DNA of 59,833 nt from Catajapyx aquilonaris (GCA_000934665.2 KZ538131.1:62001-121833), one strand, 5' to 3'; shown: positions 1 to 14,053, counted from the first letter of the stretch. Numbers and translations: made by a program. Notes: generated by a model not told the origin, from the sequence alone.

Positions 1-1518
1 CATCATAATGAATTCAAACAAGTACAAGCTAAAATAGTGAACTAAGTGATTGGTTTTGCATGGACTACGTCAGTGTAAAAGAGACAAACGCAGAAGCTCG
101 CCCGAGAGCACATGGTGGTTCATGATTAAGACGTCTTTTACGGATGCCATAAAAGCTGGTGAGGCTTAGCTGCCCAGGTGAGAGAAGGATAAACCTCATT
201 TTCCAGCTGACGCGAGTTATCTACCGGCTGGGATAACACGTTACATTTCTCCACGATTATAGTTTTAAGCCTGTAGCTATTCATTTGGGAATAGAATTTG
301 ATTCGAGTAATACGCCATTCTTGTGATTAGGAATTAATGGAATGTGAGGCAGCTCACTGATGAATGGACGTGAATAAAACAGAATGCCAAGGAATGGCAA
401 GTTACTGGAGTTAGTGTAATAGGGCAAATGGGAAATTAATGGTTGAAATGAACAGGATGAATGTTGAAATTCAGGTGGATGGGATTGTTCTTTTTACGTG
501 GACCATCACAACTTTCAGTGGAACTTGTCCTAAATCATGTCAAATGTAAACTGAGTTTTGCCCTATGTATTTCCGGTAAATTCCGGAAATCCGCGTATGA
601 AACTCGCAATTTTTCAATCTTCCTATTCAAAATACCCACAGGATAACGCCAGTAACATTTTGACAATTTTTATATATTTTTTCCAGCAATATAAAATAAC
701 GTGCCAGTTTTAGAGTTGCACATTTTTGTACTAAAAGTGGTATTTAATAGAATAAACTGTTTTGCAGTACAGGCTGATACCTTCAAATGGCTTTTGATAT
801 TATTTTCATTAATTCATGTTTTAGTGAACAACTGGCGATCAAAAAAAAAACAGCCATCATCTGCTATTGTCATAATTATTAAAATAAAGGTGGCCTCTGT
901 TTCTTGGCATCTCCTGGGGCGATTTTAAATTGAAAAATTTGAAACCACGAATTTGATTGGGATTTTGCAATACCGGAATACTGTATAGATATGACAAAAA
1001 CGAGTTTCACTGTTTCATCCGACATTATTAGAAACAACTTCACTAAAAATTGGGGTGGTGGGTGAAAAACTATCTGGGAGAGGTCATTAGCTAATGGGAA
1101 ATGAATGGAAATGAATGAGGAATAAACACTGGCTAACATACTGTACAATTCAGAATGGATTTGATCACGAATGGAGACGAATGAGAAGTGAACGGTGAAT
1201 GGAACCAAATTGAATTGACACGAATTGAAGTGAATGGTGAATGACAGTGAAGCGAAAGGGAAGGAAATTGAATTGGATGCTGACAATGGATGTTGAATTG
1301 AATGGGCACAAGAATTGAAAGGAATATCATACATAAGGTTTTAATATATACTTACACCATTTTAAGATTTTGAAGAGTTTTGCAGTGAATGGTATCCATC
1401 TCTGCCTCCAAGCGGTCCACACTACCTATGTAATAATATTCCTAAATGGGATCATATGATATTGTACTGACAATTGTTACAATTTCCAAGTACGAGTTTT
1501 ATTCACCATGAACATTGT

Positions 1519-1608
1519 CTAATTGTTTCTCTCTCTCTCTCTTTCCAGGTAAGAGATGCTTTTATCTACGGTCTCAGTTCCGAGTACCAATGCCAGGCGA
1601 CGGTGAGT
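1519..1608 (+). other. Candidate recursive splice site (AG|GT at 1548/1549) with 54-nt cryptic RS-exon 1549-1602
   Basis: CTAAT branch point 1519-1523, tract tgtttctctctctctctctttcCAG directly followed by GTAAGA; downstream donor ACG|GTGAGT at 1602/1603. Confidence 0.6.
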
Positions 1609-4199
1609 TTCAGCTTACTTTCCTAAGAAAAAAAGCCTTTGCCAGCAGCCGCGGCAAAAGACAAAGGCAAGTCGTATTGGGTACCATGGCGTGACATGCA
1701 GCTACCAGGACTTGTCCGTCGGCTATAGGGTTGCGAATCTCCAAAACGGTGCATGCGTCTCCGACCCTTCCCCAGCGCGCAGATATACTGGAAATAAACT
1801 ACAAAATGGGTCAGCTTCTGAGAAGCCCCCGACTTAAAAGTCATGTCCCCTAAATAGGGTTTGGACCCGGATGTCCTAATTGTGTCCTTCCCCCAGACAG
1901 CATGTCGCTCTTAAAAATCGTCGCCAGAGACGTCGAGGAGATATAAATACAACGTGGGGCACTGGCGCCTGATGCTCCTCCGGTGGCGCCATCGTCTGGT
2001 GACGTCTTCCGGTCACTGACATGTTTTGGGGGGTCCCTGTCTGCAAAAGGCTGCCAGGACAGAACACAATGAGGAAACAGCGTAGGACGAGGCTCTGGTT
2101 GCGAGCATTAGCAGGGAGGGAAAAATACGTGCCCTCAAAACGTCAGGCTGAGGGATCATCTCTGGAGTTTACGCGGCGGCTTGCGAAATTTATCGAAAAG
2201 TTCGCCACATTTTGTTTTTCCTCAGTTGGGGTGAGGGTTGCTTGGCGATAGATGATGATGTGGATAAATCTAGAGAGTTAAGAACATGTCATAACGTGAG
2301 ACAGCGGGCGTATGTCATCTCAGCATGTGTATAGATGGCTATTCCTGTGGGTAGGGGATCATGTGATGTATGGGCGAAGGTGGTGAACAACCGAGGTAAT
2401 GGGAGTGAGTGACTCACTTGGCCGATTTTAAGTTGTTTATGCAGCCGAATGGATGACCGTTCCAAGAGATTTTTATCGAACAGAACAGCTCTTTGTCACA
2501 TCTCTTCCGTGTTTACTTTTCAAGGGAAGCAAAGAACGGGACGGGGGTGAAATGGAACTAATAAGTGGAAACTTCTACTTGAAGCAAACGCGCCGAGTCT
2601 CTTGCTCAGGTGTATAGGCATACCTGATTTTTCACTCACAAGTACGGAAATTCGGTTCCACTTGGCCATGATATGAAAACTACATAGAGCACTACTACTA
2701 GCCTACTTATACTATGATGTATAGCACCCTTTTGTGTATGCAGACTGATCGTGCCAGCGAAGATTACTTGGGATAGTGTTGTTGTTGGTGAATCACATAG
2801 GGCAAAAATAAATGTAAACAACAAGATCAAACGGTTAGGCCTATGTGAATAGATATCTTCAAAAATTATTATGGAACAAGGGCCACTAAACATGCCCTTT
2901 GATAAGCCTGCCAGCTGTATCACTAGTGTTCTTGCATGCATTTAATTCCTTTTGTGTATTTGCCGTACTTGTACGGTTGTGAATTAAAACAGTTGCCTAC
3001 TTTTTGTCACAGTAGAGCCAACGCTATAGCTACAATAACGTAAGCATTTCACAATATGCGTGCAATGTTCATTTCATAAGGACAGTATCAGCAGCAAGAG
3101 CTCTTAATGAACTAGGAATAGGGTACAAAACGGCCATTCAGCATCGTGTGCTGAGTTTTAGTGCAACTTAATTTTCGGATAGAGTTGAACTAAGAACTTG
3201 GAATGGCCTCAGTATGCCATATGGTATATAATGATGTCAAAATCGCACTTTAGATAATTGATCACTTTGCATCATGTAAATAGGTGACGTTTGTGTGTTA
3301 AAAGGAGACTTAGAAGTGCTAACGTGACTCCACGACACGATTTCAAACTGAGCATGGTGGCATATGCATATGTCAGAGAAATAAGGGAAAATGTTGTGAC
3401 ATGTATACTGGCTGGACTCTCCAGCCTTCCGCTGATCGCCTCAGTGTCTATAGCAGTAATACCTAATTACGGCTACATGTCCATAGAATGCAGTAGAGAA
3501 CTGAATGCAAAGCTTTATAGTAGTCATTCAGAGTGGTCAGTTCATCCCACGGAAGCGTCAAGTCTTATTTTAAGACTTAAAATACGCGATAGTACGTAAC
3601 TTTAGTTAGGAGGCATCAACATTGCATGGAACATGAATATGCATAGATAATATACAGGCTTGGTCCAGGTAAAGTGCTGCTGACCTTCTCTCACTCATTA
3701 CGGTATTTTGAAGCGCATTTTAATGATTGTTTCGTACAGTTTTAGGAATTTTGTGTGGCATTTGTAGGACAGTGCCGGGTGCTTCTATTGAATGGTATAT
3801 AGCGACGTGAAACCATCACAATGGGCACTTCTTTGCTTACTTCCCGGAAGGTGATCCGGAGACGTCACAATTCTGCAGGGCAGTGACTTAGACGCCTCTG
3901 CAGATAAGTGTATTGCAAAGTTAGGCTTTTAAATTTTGTTTGCGGTAGTTGCATTAAGTGTTCTAATGTCGGCAGCATGTGGTAGCTGTAGAAGACATCA
4001 GAAAGGTGAGACTGGAGAGGCTCTTTATAGGGGCTAACAGCCAGCAGCGTGATGTGGGAAAGCGGTTGACACCCTGCGCGACAATGTCAGTATATAGTGA
4101 GGGGTGGTGAAGATGAGCTGCAAAACATAGGGCCTGTCTATTTTTGCCTTGAGGGGATATAAGTGTGTCAGATCGGGCTTGATGAGCCTGGCTATAGAG

Positions 4200-4520
4200 A
4201 TAATGGCTGTACTTCACGAGACTGCTACCCCTATATATGCAGCTGTACTGTATAGTATAGACAGGTTCGATGTGGTCAAGCGATTTTGCCAGACTCATTA
4301 TCCATGTGTCAAGCTGTAGGCCGAAGAAGGTTTATTTAGATATCTGTGGATCCTGTCTTCCATGCAGTGATTGGTGCTTATGTTCATTAAAATGAGGAAA
4401 TGATATTATTTTTACAGGCACACATCGTGAACATTGCTGTTCCATAAATTCTGTGATGGTATGTTCTGAGAGCATATAGGCGTATGCTGCATCATTCGGA
4501 GCTCGTATGTGATTCCAGCT
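4200..4520 (+). pseudogene. Highly decayed PIF/Harbinger-like transposase remnant
   Basis: Frame-shifted fragments IDRFDVVK, AVIGAYVH and SINSVMVC..*AYAAS recall Harbinger HTH / GAIDGTH / SINV-VC motifs in the right order; recognised by eye only. Confidence 0.35.
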
Positions 4521-4832
4521 CACATCGTTCAAATCTACGGAAAAAAACGATACTTCTCATTTGTACGTGTCTTTCGAGCGATGATTACGTGGACTGAGTG
4601 CGTGAATTTTTTCTGTTCTCATTTATACGAGCTGGTGTGCCCATGCATCAAGCACTTCTCAAATGATACAGCTCCAGCTTGCAACATGGAGGCTTCACCC
4701 TTTTAAAGCATGCCCCGGCGCAGCCCCTACGATATACATGACGCTAGTCCGGAGTCGTTTAATGACCAGTACTAATCAAAATAGACTGAATGAAATAGTC
4801 ATGTTACGCCTTATGAACGCTGCTCCACATTA

Positions 4833-4955
4833 TGGCCGGTTTCACCAAGCCCGGTTTTCATAAAAACCCCGGTTCTTTCGGAAAATTCCTATTCTATTTG
4901 CGATGTCCGAAAGAACCGGGGGTTTTATGAAAACCGGGCTTGGTGAAACCGGCCA
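4833..4955. mobile_element. PIF/Harbinger (Tourist-like) palindromic MITE
   Basis: TGGCCGGTTTCACCAAGCCCGG...CCGGGCTTGGTGAAACCGGCCA foldback; TTA target duplication 4830-4832 and 4956-4958. Confidence 0.8.
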
Positions 4956-5247
4956 TTAGTGTCTTTACTGCTTTTTTACCAAAGCAAAAGTACCAGAAGG
5001 CTACTTCGTCACGTGCGTACTTGAATGAATTATGTGGGCGCGATAAGGCTGGAGTAATTTCGCACACTTGAAATATCAATTCTGCTGTCCTACAGGAAAA
5101 GATCCCAGGTGCACCTTTTGTGCGGTGTTTTATATCGGGGTGTCTGGCCCAATGACTGTGTTTCACAATCTGCAGTTGTGCCTTTTTTTTGACAAAACTG
5201 CAGAATTATGAGCCTTTCTAAGTTATTAACGACGGGAAACTCACTAA

Positions 5248-5372
5248 GGGCCGGTTTCACCGAGCTTGGTATATGATAAAACCAGGTTTCTTTAGGAAAA
5301 TCCATACAAATAGATAGGGATTTTGAGAAATACCCTGGTTTTATCATATACTGAGCTCGGTGAAACCGGCCC
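5248..5372. mobile_element. PIF/Harbinger palindromic MITE related to 4833-4955
   Basis: GGGCCGGTTTCACCGAGCT...AGCTCGGTGAAACCGGCCC; TAA target duplication 5245-5247 and 5373-5375. Confidence 0.8.
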
Positions 5373-6573
5373 TAAATCAGCGTGTATTAACCGAATGCTA
5401 TCGTTGGCACATGTATTTCTGGCGCATTGTCAAATACAGAGACAAAATGAAATGTAAGAGATGCACAAACTTGGGCACAATGTAGTGTCACTTGAGCGAC
5501 TGTAAAGTATAAGGCACACTTTTCGAAATCAGTGCTCGCAACAATGTTGCATTTTTATGGCTGTATCCCGATGAGGACTTGCTCTGGTGGCATTTTGTGT
5601 CTTTTTCGCGTTGTTTTATGTAGTCACCCTTATCCGTCGATATTTTAGTGGATTATGTGCCAGAAATACATACGGCAACACGGTCTTTGCAGTAACCTGA
5701 TCAGTATTGACACTTGTGACAACGTCATTTTGTACCCCTACTTTTGCGACTATTATTCTGAGCCAAGGAAATATCTTAATCTAACTTGACCATCTAATAC
5801 AGCTTGTTACAGCCTTGATTGTATTATGCACACAACTTCACTTGGAACAGTGCGCATTATTTAGGAGCATGGGGATTGGCTCTGTACCTCCTGGACTTTT
5901 GAGAGGTGATGAAACCAGTGTAAAGGAGGAACTAAGTTGATGTGAGCGGCGCCAATAACAACTGTTCAATGCTCTTGTACTTTCTTGACGTGTATGTTTC
6001 ATAAATCTCAAGAGGGAAAGGCAGGCTGTCCTCTCTCTCATTCGTGTACTTACAGTTAGAAGCAGTAAAATTTGCACCTCGAAGGACCCAAATATTTTGA
6101 ACGCTGCTTCTTCCATGAACCTCTATAGCGCAGGCTATATTGTACAGTGATCAAACCATCACTTGAAATTTTTGGGAGTTATTATCAGATGTAATCTGTA
6201 CCATTTTCTGAACGTGCAAGTGGTCAAACGTGTTTCTTATGCAAAGGACGTCAATATATATTATGGAGGGTATTATTGGCCGCTCATATATTTCGGGTAC
6301 GACTTCAAGCTAAGCCTCCCAGCTTGGAAGATATAAGAAAATTAATTTTGGCAACCGTGTATAACTACTGTGCGTGCCACTGGGCAACTGAGAACGTTTA
6401 ACTTTTAATATTATCGTCCAATTTTCGGTTCCTTCTATAGACTCGTTTTATTTCTTCCTTGCAGGTAGTGATGGTAATGCTGATACGTATTATCGTTTTG
6501 TCGTGCTTTTATTTCAAAGGAACGTTCAACCCATACCTGGCAAGTGGAAAATGTGTGTGTGTGTATATATATA

Positions 6574-7011
6574 CATGGTGAAGGGAAACTCGCGGGCAGT
6601 CGCCAGGTAAACTTATAGTACTAACTAATATAGGGATGTGCAATTAGTTTTGGGATCCGTTGCATAGGTAGGCCAATGCGTACAGAGTCCGTAAAGTGTA
6701 GAGGGTCGGATGGTGGAATATGAGGCAAAAACGACAAAGTGCATGGGTGTCGTACCCGGATTCTTCCTCTGACGGGATTTGATCCCTTTTTGCACATGGA
6801 CGATGTGTTAGGGGACCAAGGCAAGGGACCGGAGGCCCTCGAACTTACTTTTGCTTCGTAGAAGCTGGCGGAACGGACGTGACGTCACGAAACTTTGACG
6901 GCGCCGGACGCATTAACTACGCAACGGAGCCCAAAACTAATTGCAGCTATGTTAGCTTTACGAGTACTATCGGTCTACCTGGCGATTGTCCCCGAGTTTC
7001 CCTTCACCCTG
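6574..7011. mobile_element. Tc1/mariner-type MITE with ~50-bp TIRs
   Basis: CATGGTGAAGGGAAACTCG...CGAGTTTCCCTTCACCCTG inverted termini flanked by TA. Confidence 0.75.
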
Positions 7012-10000
7012 TATATACGGTATTATGCGGGACGTTAGCCATATGGTTTGTATAATCTTGTGGCTGTACAGTTTATGCAACTCACATTTCGACACCCACT
7101 TGAAACGGCACAACATTCGGCGTTCTCATTGTAAGGGCTATGGTCAATAGACTCAATACTGCTTATATACCTTGGCTGACACCTATGTCTGGAAATGAAT
7201 ATTACGTATTAGCCTCTCACGTGATAGCGCAGTGGATCACTTCTCGACACGACAGAAGAGTTGCCTTGATTATTAGCAGGTTTAACTGTTAGAGATGGTT
7301 ATTTGGACGAGCAGTAATTGTTTAACCAAAGACGTAAACACGGTTGCAGAAGTCCCATCTACTATGTCGAAAATAGAGGCTGTCCGAATACGACGGAGGT
7401 TGCTATTTTCAGAGTGCCGAGAGTTCCATTAACCTTAGAAACGGCCCACAGTGTAGGGGAATCCACCGCGAATAACCCAGAGTATGATGTCCGCTCCATG
7501 CATATATGCTTACCCAAAAAATCTAGTCAGTACCGGGTTGCGTCGCACTATTTTGGTACGCGGCCATTGTGCGATCTGTCTGGGCTCTCCCAAGTCGTTA
7601 CGAAAGCATGATACGTTTGTCGTTCGATCCGGGTCGCATTGATTCCCACGCCAATTGATGTCTTGGGCTGGCACGCCTAGATCATATTGCGGCATGATTC
7701 GTCATATACGGACCGTTTACGAACGGTGCCCTTGAAATGCAATTACATAAGTCATTGAGAGGTGAGAACCCCTTTCAGCTGACAGCATTCTGTGCTTCAA
7801 ACTTGGGAGAGTGGTTATGGATCCAGGGCAATAGGCTGACTCACTGGTGGCATTTGTTCCAAAAGAGTCTGGTGTGGGTAGAAGACAACTGAAAGTCATG
7901 AGCGACGGCCATGGTGGCGTTGCGCCGAACCTTCAAACCGGGGCAAAAAGCAGTTCAAATAGTGGAGTTTATCGTTACATTGAAGGGAAATTAGGATTTT
8001 CCAAGGACTCGTGAGAGAATGCGTGTACAGACAGAAGTGTAATTAGAGGAGGGTTACGCGGATATAAAGGTACTCTTCTGTTTTTCCTTGTTGGTTTTTG
8101 TCTGGTAGGACATGCACGCTATTTTGTTAAATAGTTGTGGTGCATTGGACTAAATATTATTTGGCGGGGAAATAGTAAATACGCGTTTTTTATTAGGTAA
8201 TGGATAGCTGTCGGGCGGAATATTTTAAAACATCACGCTATAATAGCGATCTTAACGATGGAGATGATTCCGACATGATTACATAGCCTCTTACGTGAAT
8301 ATTACAAGCCACATGAACATCATCTTATATCATCATTGGTACGGGTGGTGATTTTTAGTACTGACGTGAACCTATCAGGCATATGCTATACAGTGTTATT
8401 TATTATGAGGAAGTTGATCATGAATAGCATGTGGTAGAAAGAGAGAGAAGAGCTTGTAGAACCTTTAGAGTGGATTGGGATTTATATAATAAAACATGAA
8501 AGTATCCTGCCAACCCAGGTCATTCACGTGCGCCAATTAAGTAAAGGGCACATTTTACTTGAGGATCATGATGATTAAAACAATACTTTTGTGAGAAACT
8601 GGTATTGTCGAAGAACATATACGTGACCCCAGTAATTATGAACCAAACGTACTGGCCGAAAATGTTAACAATTTCTGCTCGAGGTAAAAAAATAAAATAA
8701 AATAATAAAAATATCCGGTCGGTGTCAAATCAGTGAAGCAAATGGGAGTGCTCTCTTATTGGACAGTGTGGTATGTAAAAAAAATGCTTTGACCGAAAAA
8801 CGAACGTAAATAATCGAGAACTTTTTTCTCCATAAATAAGTCCAGTGCGGCTTGTAATTTACTTCTAGGTAGCACCAAGAGCTAATGGTAGCACCTACCA
8901 ATAATAACGACCGAATTTCGCAAACACTTGACGTGCTGTGTTACACGGAAAGCATTATGAATGCACGGTGTATGCTCCCTATAGTCTCGTTACAGTGCGC
9001 ATGAATCGCCCCCAATAACTGATGAGGAATCGCCACTTCCAGAAGTCTGCCAATAATGACATGCCGCTAATGAATTTTATATTAGTTCTGTTGAATTCGT
9101 GTATTGCACAGGATACGACGAAGGGGATTCGTTACCTTACGGAAGACGCGAGTGAACGCGAGTCCACAGCGCTGGAAGTAACTTCGAATAAATGATGTGC
9201 TTCGTCTTCAAAGGTTAAAAAGGAGACGGGATATACGTAGCCACTTGTGCATCAGTCAATTATTGAAATGATCGAGCGTTAAATTGGCAGGATACGGGAT
9301 ATTTCTGTCAATAATTTAGATCTTCCTCTGGTGCGTCATATACGCTGTTAGAAATTCCCCATGCAAATTCGAGTTTTACATCATGGCAAACATGCGCATG
9401 TGATACGTTGAATCCTGGAAACATGGTCTTTCATTAACGTGCACGGGTTAAAAAAAAAACAAAAACAAACTGTCACGTGCATATGTGTGTATAGCTTTAA
9501 AAAACTGCATGGGGCCTTTGGGCTGACATTTTGTGGGGTCGCTCGATGTTGACGAGTGTTCTCTTGGTACTGTACCTATACTTCATGGTAGCGATAAATG
9601 TTTCAGCGTGTTCGATTCCTTGCGAGTGGATGTAGAGCATTGGCCCCTTCTTGAGCAATTTCCAAGGGCGGGTAGGTTCAAAATAGAGAAGCGTTATAGT
9701 TCGCCAGTTGCATCTTCAGTTAAACTGCGGTTCAAGGTTGGTTGTTTGACTCGTTGGCATTCCAACCTGTGGGAAGTGCTGGAGTAAACTGCGGTGGGAT
9801 TGGTCGCTTGCGGTTGATTTTGTCGCGATCGTGAAGTGTATACTTGCCACTCTCATTACATGCTAGTTTGAGTTATATTTATGAGTCGTGATCATTGGCA
9901 AATGAGCCCAGGTGAAAGAGAGAGACTGGGTCACATACGTCATTCACGGTGATGAAACGAGATGAACGCACGCGTTTCTAAGGCACCATTCAACAATGTG

Positions 10001-10689
10001 TGAGCGGGCACGTAATAGTGTGTCTTGGCGCCATTGATAATGTGCCAGTTTTTAACATTGTGCTTAGAGTTTGATTTGCAGTTATTTCGCATCTTGACAG
10101 GTGCAGTTACGATATATACTACATATAGGACCAGACGTGCTCGAGACGTGGTCACTATGATATAGGCACGACTCGGCCCACTTTCTACTATAGTGTATCT
10201 ATAGTGTCTGTAAACGAACCTACAGTATAATTTGGTAGGATTAGGCTATATCGATAGTAAACACAGAACAAGTGATTAATTATATGTGAATAACATGAAT
10301 CAAACTATTTGATCTGCATTTGCCATCGACTGGTCCTAAGAGCGCGTACGGATTTATAGTCAAACGTGGACATGGATTTAAAATGAAATACTATTTTAAC
10401 TTTCCAAGCATTGCGGGTAGAACTTGCGTTAGCATTTTTCTGGCAATGCCCTTATGCACTGGGTGTTCCAAGATGCCCAAGTATACAATCCAACAAGTTG
10501 CCAGAAAAAGCACAGGAGGGTAAACACTAGTACACCTTCATCACAAGGTTTGAAACTTCTGATGCGCGCATTTTCTATTTGCTGACTGGGAAAGCTGCGG
10601 CATGTCGTGCATTGGTTGCTGGGGATGGGCGTGCCCACTTGCATAAGAGGTCAATCTCGGCAATGTCAACTGGGCATACCAGAAAAAAG

Positions 10690-11330
10690 CATTATAAGAG
10701 CCAGATCCAGTAAACACCCCCCAGCAAAGTGGCTCCCCGAAAACAGGGAGCCCCAATCATGCTGATGTACTGTGCTCGTAAAGTTGCAATTTCACGGTTG
10801 GTGCCACTTCTCCCTTAGAGGCCGACTGACGGCCCTTTAGGACTTGCCAGGAAGGTGTTCTATAGAGGGAAGGTGACATTGCTACTTGGTTATGTCGGCG
10901 AACGTTATAGACACTTGGGAGAAAGCCTGGTGCCACTTGCAAATGGCAGCATAGCGTTCCAAAATCTGTCGTCACGGGCGCAACTACGTGCTTTTATGGG
11001 CTCTGGTTATAGCCACAGATCACATGAGGAAACCAGTACAATTCCATATCGGAGCGAACTATTCACAGCATGCATATGTCAAAGGAGTGGACGTGTGGAG
11101 TAAAAATATCGAGAGCAGGTCTGGAACCTGTAAATGTTTTTCTAGCAGTGTCCATTTTTGTCACGACTGCGTCAAAAGGAATTCTTGGGCAAATGGGATG
11201 TTGACACACCAGAAGGGTTGCCTTTTCCTGCCTTTTATGTTCTAAGAAAAGTCGGATGTTGAGAGGCGGTTCAGCTTCGTCTCATTTGCTGAGTACATGG
11301 ACCGAATTTAAAATCTGGCAGGGAACACGT
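10690..11330 (+). pseudogene. Possible decayed Ty1/copia pol remnant
   Basis: Disrupted fragments TPQQSG, DTWE/SLVPLANG, LGQMG..SCL and AEYMDRI in integrase-then-RT order resemble copia TPQQNG, TWELVPLP, LGF..DPCL and YVDDI; many stops and frameshifts. Confidence 0.3.
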
Positions 11331-14053
11331 GTGTGGCAAAATTTTCCGGGCAGAGTTAACGACTCCAGAAGAAAAAGCATGCTCAAACCTCCTTGTAAAC
11401 AGTGGTATTACGCCTCTGTAGATGCATAGCTTTCTCTTCTTCAAATGTTGCTGAGCAGCTGATGAGGGGTTCCCCCAGTTTGCTGGATAAAAAAGCAGCC
11501 AATTAATGGATCACGAAAGCAATAACGTCATGAAACCAGGGGGTATGGCGTAGTATGCAAATAATGGTGGCGAAGATTCAAAGCCAATCGATGTAATGTG
11601 CGTAAGCAATCGATTGGTCCTGCTCCCAATATTTAGGTCCGAAAAAAGACTTATTTCCCGGAATACTGATTGCGTTGGTGATGCCAAATGGCGGCAAAAA
11701 TGCCTCAAGGCTATATAGGAGGAGTGGCTGCTAATTCGCAAGATTTCGAAGCAAACTTGACATTGAGTGCAAATGAGCACAGGGGCGAATGTCAGCGACG
11801 CTGTTCTTGGGGGACCTCAGACATCGAGTGCGTCATTGCTATTGTGAGCCCCAGGTTATAGGCCACCTGCGTAACCATTATCATCACGTCTTCCGCCGAC
11901 GAAGAAGCCAGCTTTGTTGGATCGGCCTGAGTAGACCTTGGAGATCATTTATCGGGAAGAATTGGCTGTGCGGGAAAGGAAGCTTAGGATTGAACTCGGA
12001 TCCGGCAACATTTTTCTGTGATTTTTTATTTTTTATTTTTTTAGATCGTGGGAGAATGGTGTAGGGCTGTTGCTATGAGGGCTCTCGATGTGAGACAATC
12101 ACGTTTATCCGAGAATTTATCTCGAGTGTGTCGAGATGGAATAATCGAACAATAACCCTAACTGTACTGATATGATTTTGGGACGTAAAAGTTGAACAGT
12201 AATTTGCCATTTTAAAGGCGATAGTGCGCTGATTAACGTTTAAAATTTAATTTTCGGAACCAGTTACTCTACCGTTGGCGATCTGGTTATCATCATTGCG
12301 TCCATCCACCGTGCAAGAATCGTATTGACGAGAATTCTATTTCATGCTACATGCAACTGCCTCCCGTTTGGAACCGTTGGACCAAGGTGCATTCGTCTGA
12401 AGTGTAATTAGACTACTCATTTCAAGGACTTCACCCGCCTGGAAGCTGTATAGGGCTTCAAACGCGTATATAGTCGCCAGAATGCACCTAGCTCCGACTG
12501 ATCCCAAAAAGGAGTTGGTTGTTGCTATGTGCTACAGAACAGTCCACAAACACCCAGCAGAGGGGCAGGCGAAATGAACCTCTCCATCTCATGAGTACCG
12601 AACTGCATGACCGCTAAAAACAGGAAAATCCTAAATGCTGCTAAACACTCGCGATTTCAACTCCTAAGTAGGATGTTATAGAGCATTAAGAAATTTGTAG
12701 ATTTTCAAGTCACAGATAGCAATTCGCAATTAGTAAGAAGCTACTTGTATGTTCAAGAAGTGATGAAATCGGCTGCTTACAACGATAATGAATATAGCGC
12801 AAGATCTGTCTGTGCGGTAACCACACCGCACTGCAAACATTAATTCGCCGCATAGCTGCATGCACTTGATTAAGGCAGAAAGAATCGGGAGTGGATAGCG
12901 CGATAACTGCACCACTCGAGATGTGAACAGGCAGAAATGCGCGCGATAAAACTGAAAGGCACATAATCGGCGTACATCCCCAAATGAAAGGAATTTTGCT
13001 AACGAGTCAACCCACAGAGTTATCCCCCAGGATCTGCCAAAATGTCAGCCAGAAACTTGCGAGCCCGTGGACAGGAACTTAGCGCTAGCCATGTTTCTAC
13101 CCTCTCTCTGGTCCGTGAGCGATTCCAAGAAGAGAGGAGCCGACGTGGCTTCTATTCTACCGGCAACTCGTGCTGCGTAGTTGCAGCAAGTAGGCCGCCT
13201 GCTCAGGTTAACCTGTAATTACTTTGGCTAAGGCCGTAGGAAATTGTAGTTGGGTGAGGTTGAAGGGAAAGGCCCTTCCTTTTGGGCTGCCTACGAAATC
13301 TGCAACTGCACGATTGCATAAAGTCTGGGTATCGAATATCGATGATATGCGTATTTATGGGCAGGGTTCGGCCGAATAATTTATCTCGACAAGTCGCAAA
13401 GCAGGTTAGTTTATCCACGATTTATCCACGAGTGCGTTATATCTCAATCTTGCACGTATCAGACAGCAGACATACCAGCGGCTTGCTAGGAATGAGTAAT
13501 GCTGATAAAGTTCGGAACACCTGTCTAATGAAATGATGCAAATATTCATATGCAGCAGCAATCTGGGTAGTTATATGCGGCCCTCCTTGGTTACTGCACG
13601 GTGCGTGGCAGAAAAATTGCCATCAATGGACGCAGTTGGTATGCGTGTATAGACATGTTATTATGCATAAAATGCAATCAATGTGTACAGTTACATATTT
13701 AACAGTGATGCACCGAGATGTGTAATAAAAATAATGCATTTTAGTGCATGATGTAACGCATTTAGTTCCATGTAATGCAGACAAACATTAATGCACACCC
13801 CAAGGGTAGAGTCCTATAACTTTGTCACATCTGGCAAGGTGTTATTCGCTCGAAACTGCCCTAGGTAAGAAAACCAGTTATATTTTGCGTCAGTTGTCAA
13901 ACTGGAGAGGGCTATACAATAAGTGCATTTACTTCGGCTGTCATGTTGAAGTGTGATTTCACCTTTGCGGCTGACGGCCACGGTTTACGTCACTGAAAGG
14001 GCTCGAGGTTGTCTTGTAGCGTGTAAAATGTTGGTCGAATTAACTCCCTTTGA

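Noticed and set aside
300..1335. ORFs 879-1334 and 1133-1330 and (GAAT/AATGG)-rich sequence, with a degenerate inverted repeat ~510-1050
   Set aside because: Low-complexity Ser/Phe/Ile/His translation of a simple repeat or old MITE; no coding evidence.
9530..9830. Faint retroelement/transposase-like peptides (PTRPWK on -, SNLWEVLE on +)
   Set aside because: Too short and inconsistent to assign.
13855..13870. CTAG|GTAAGA as another ratchet point (likewise CAG|GTAAAT ~30833 and CAG|GTCGTG ~28311)
   Set aside because: Pyrimidine tract or regenerated donor too weak compared with the 1548 and 27443 sites.
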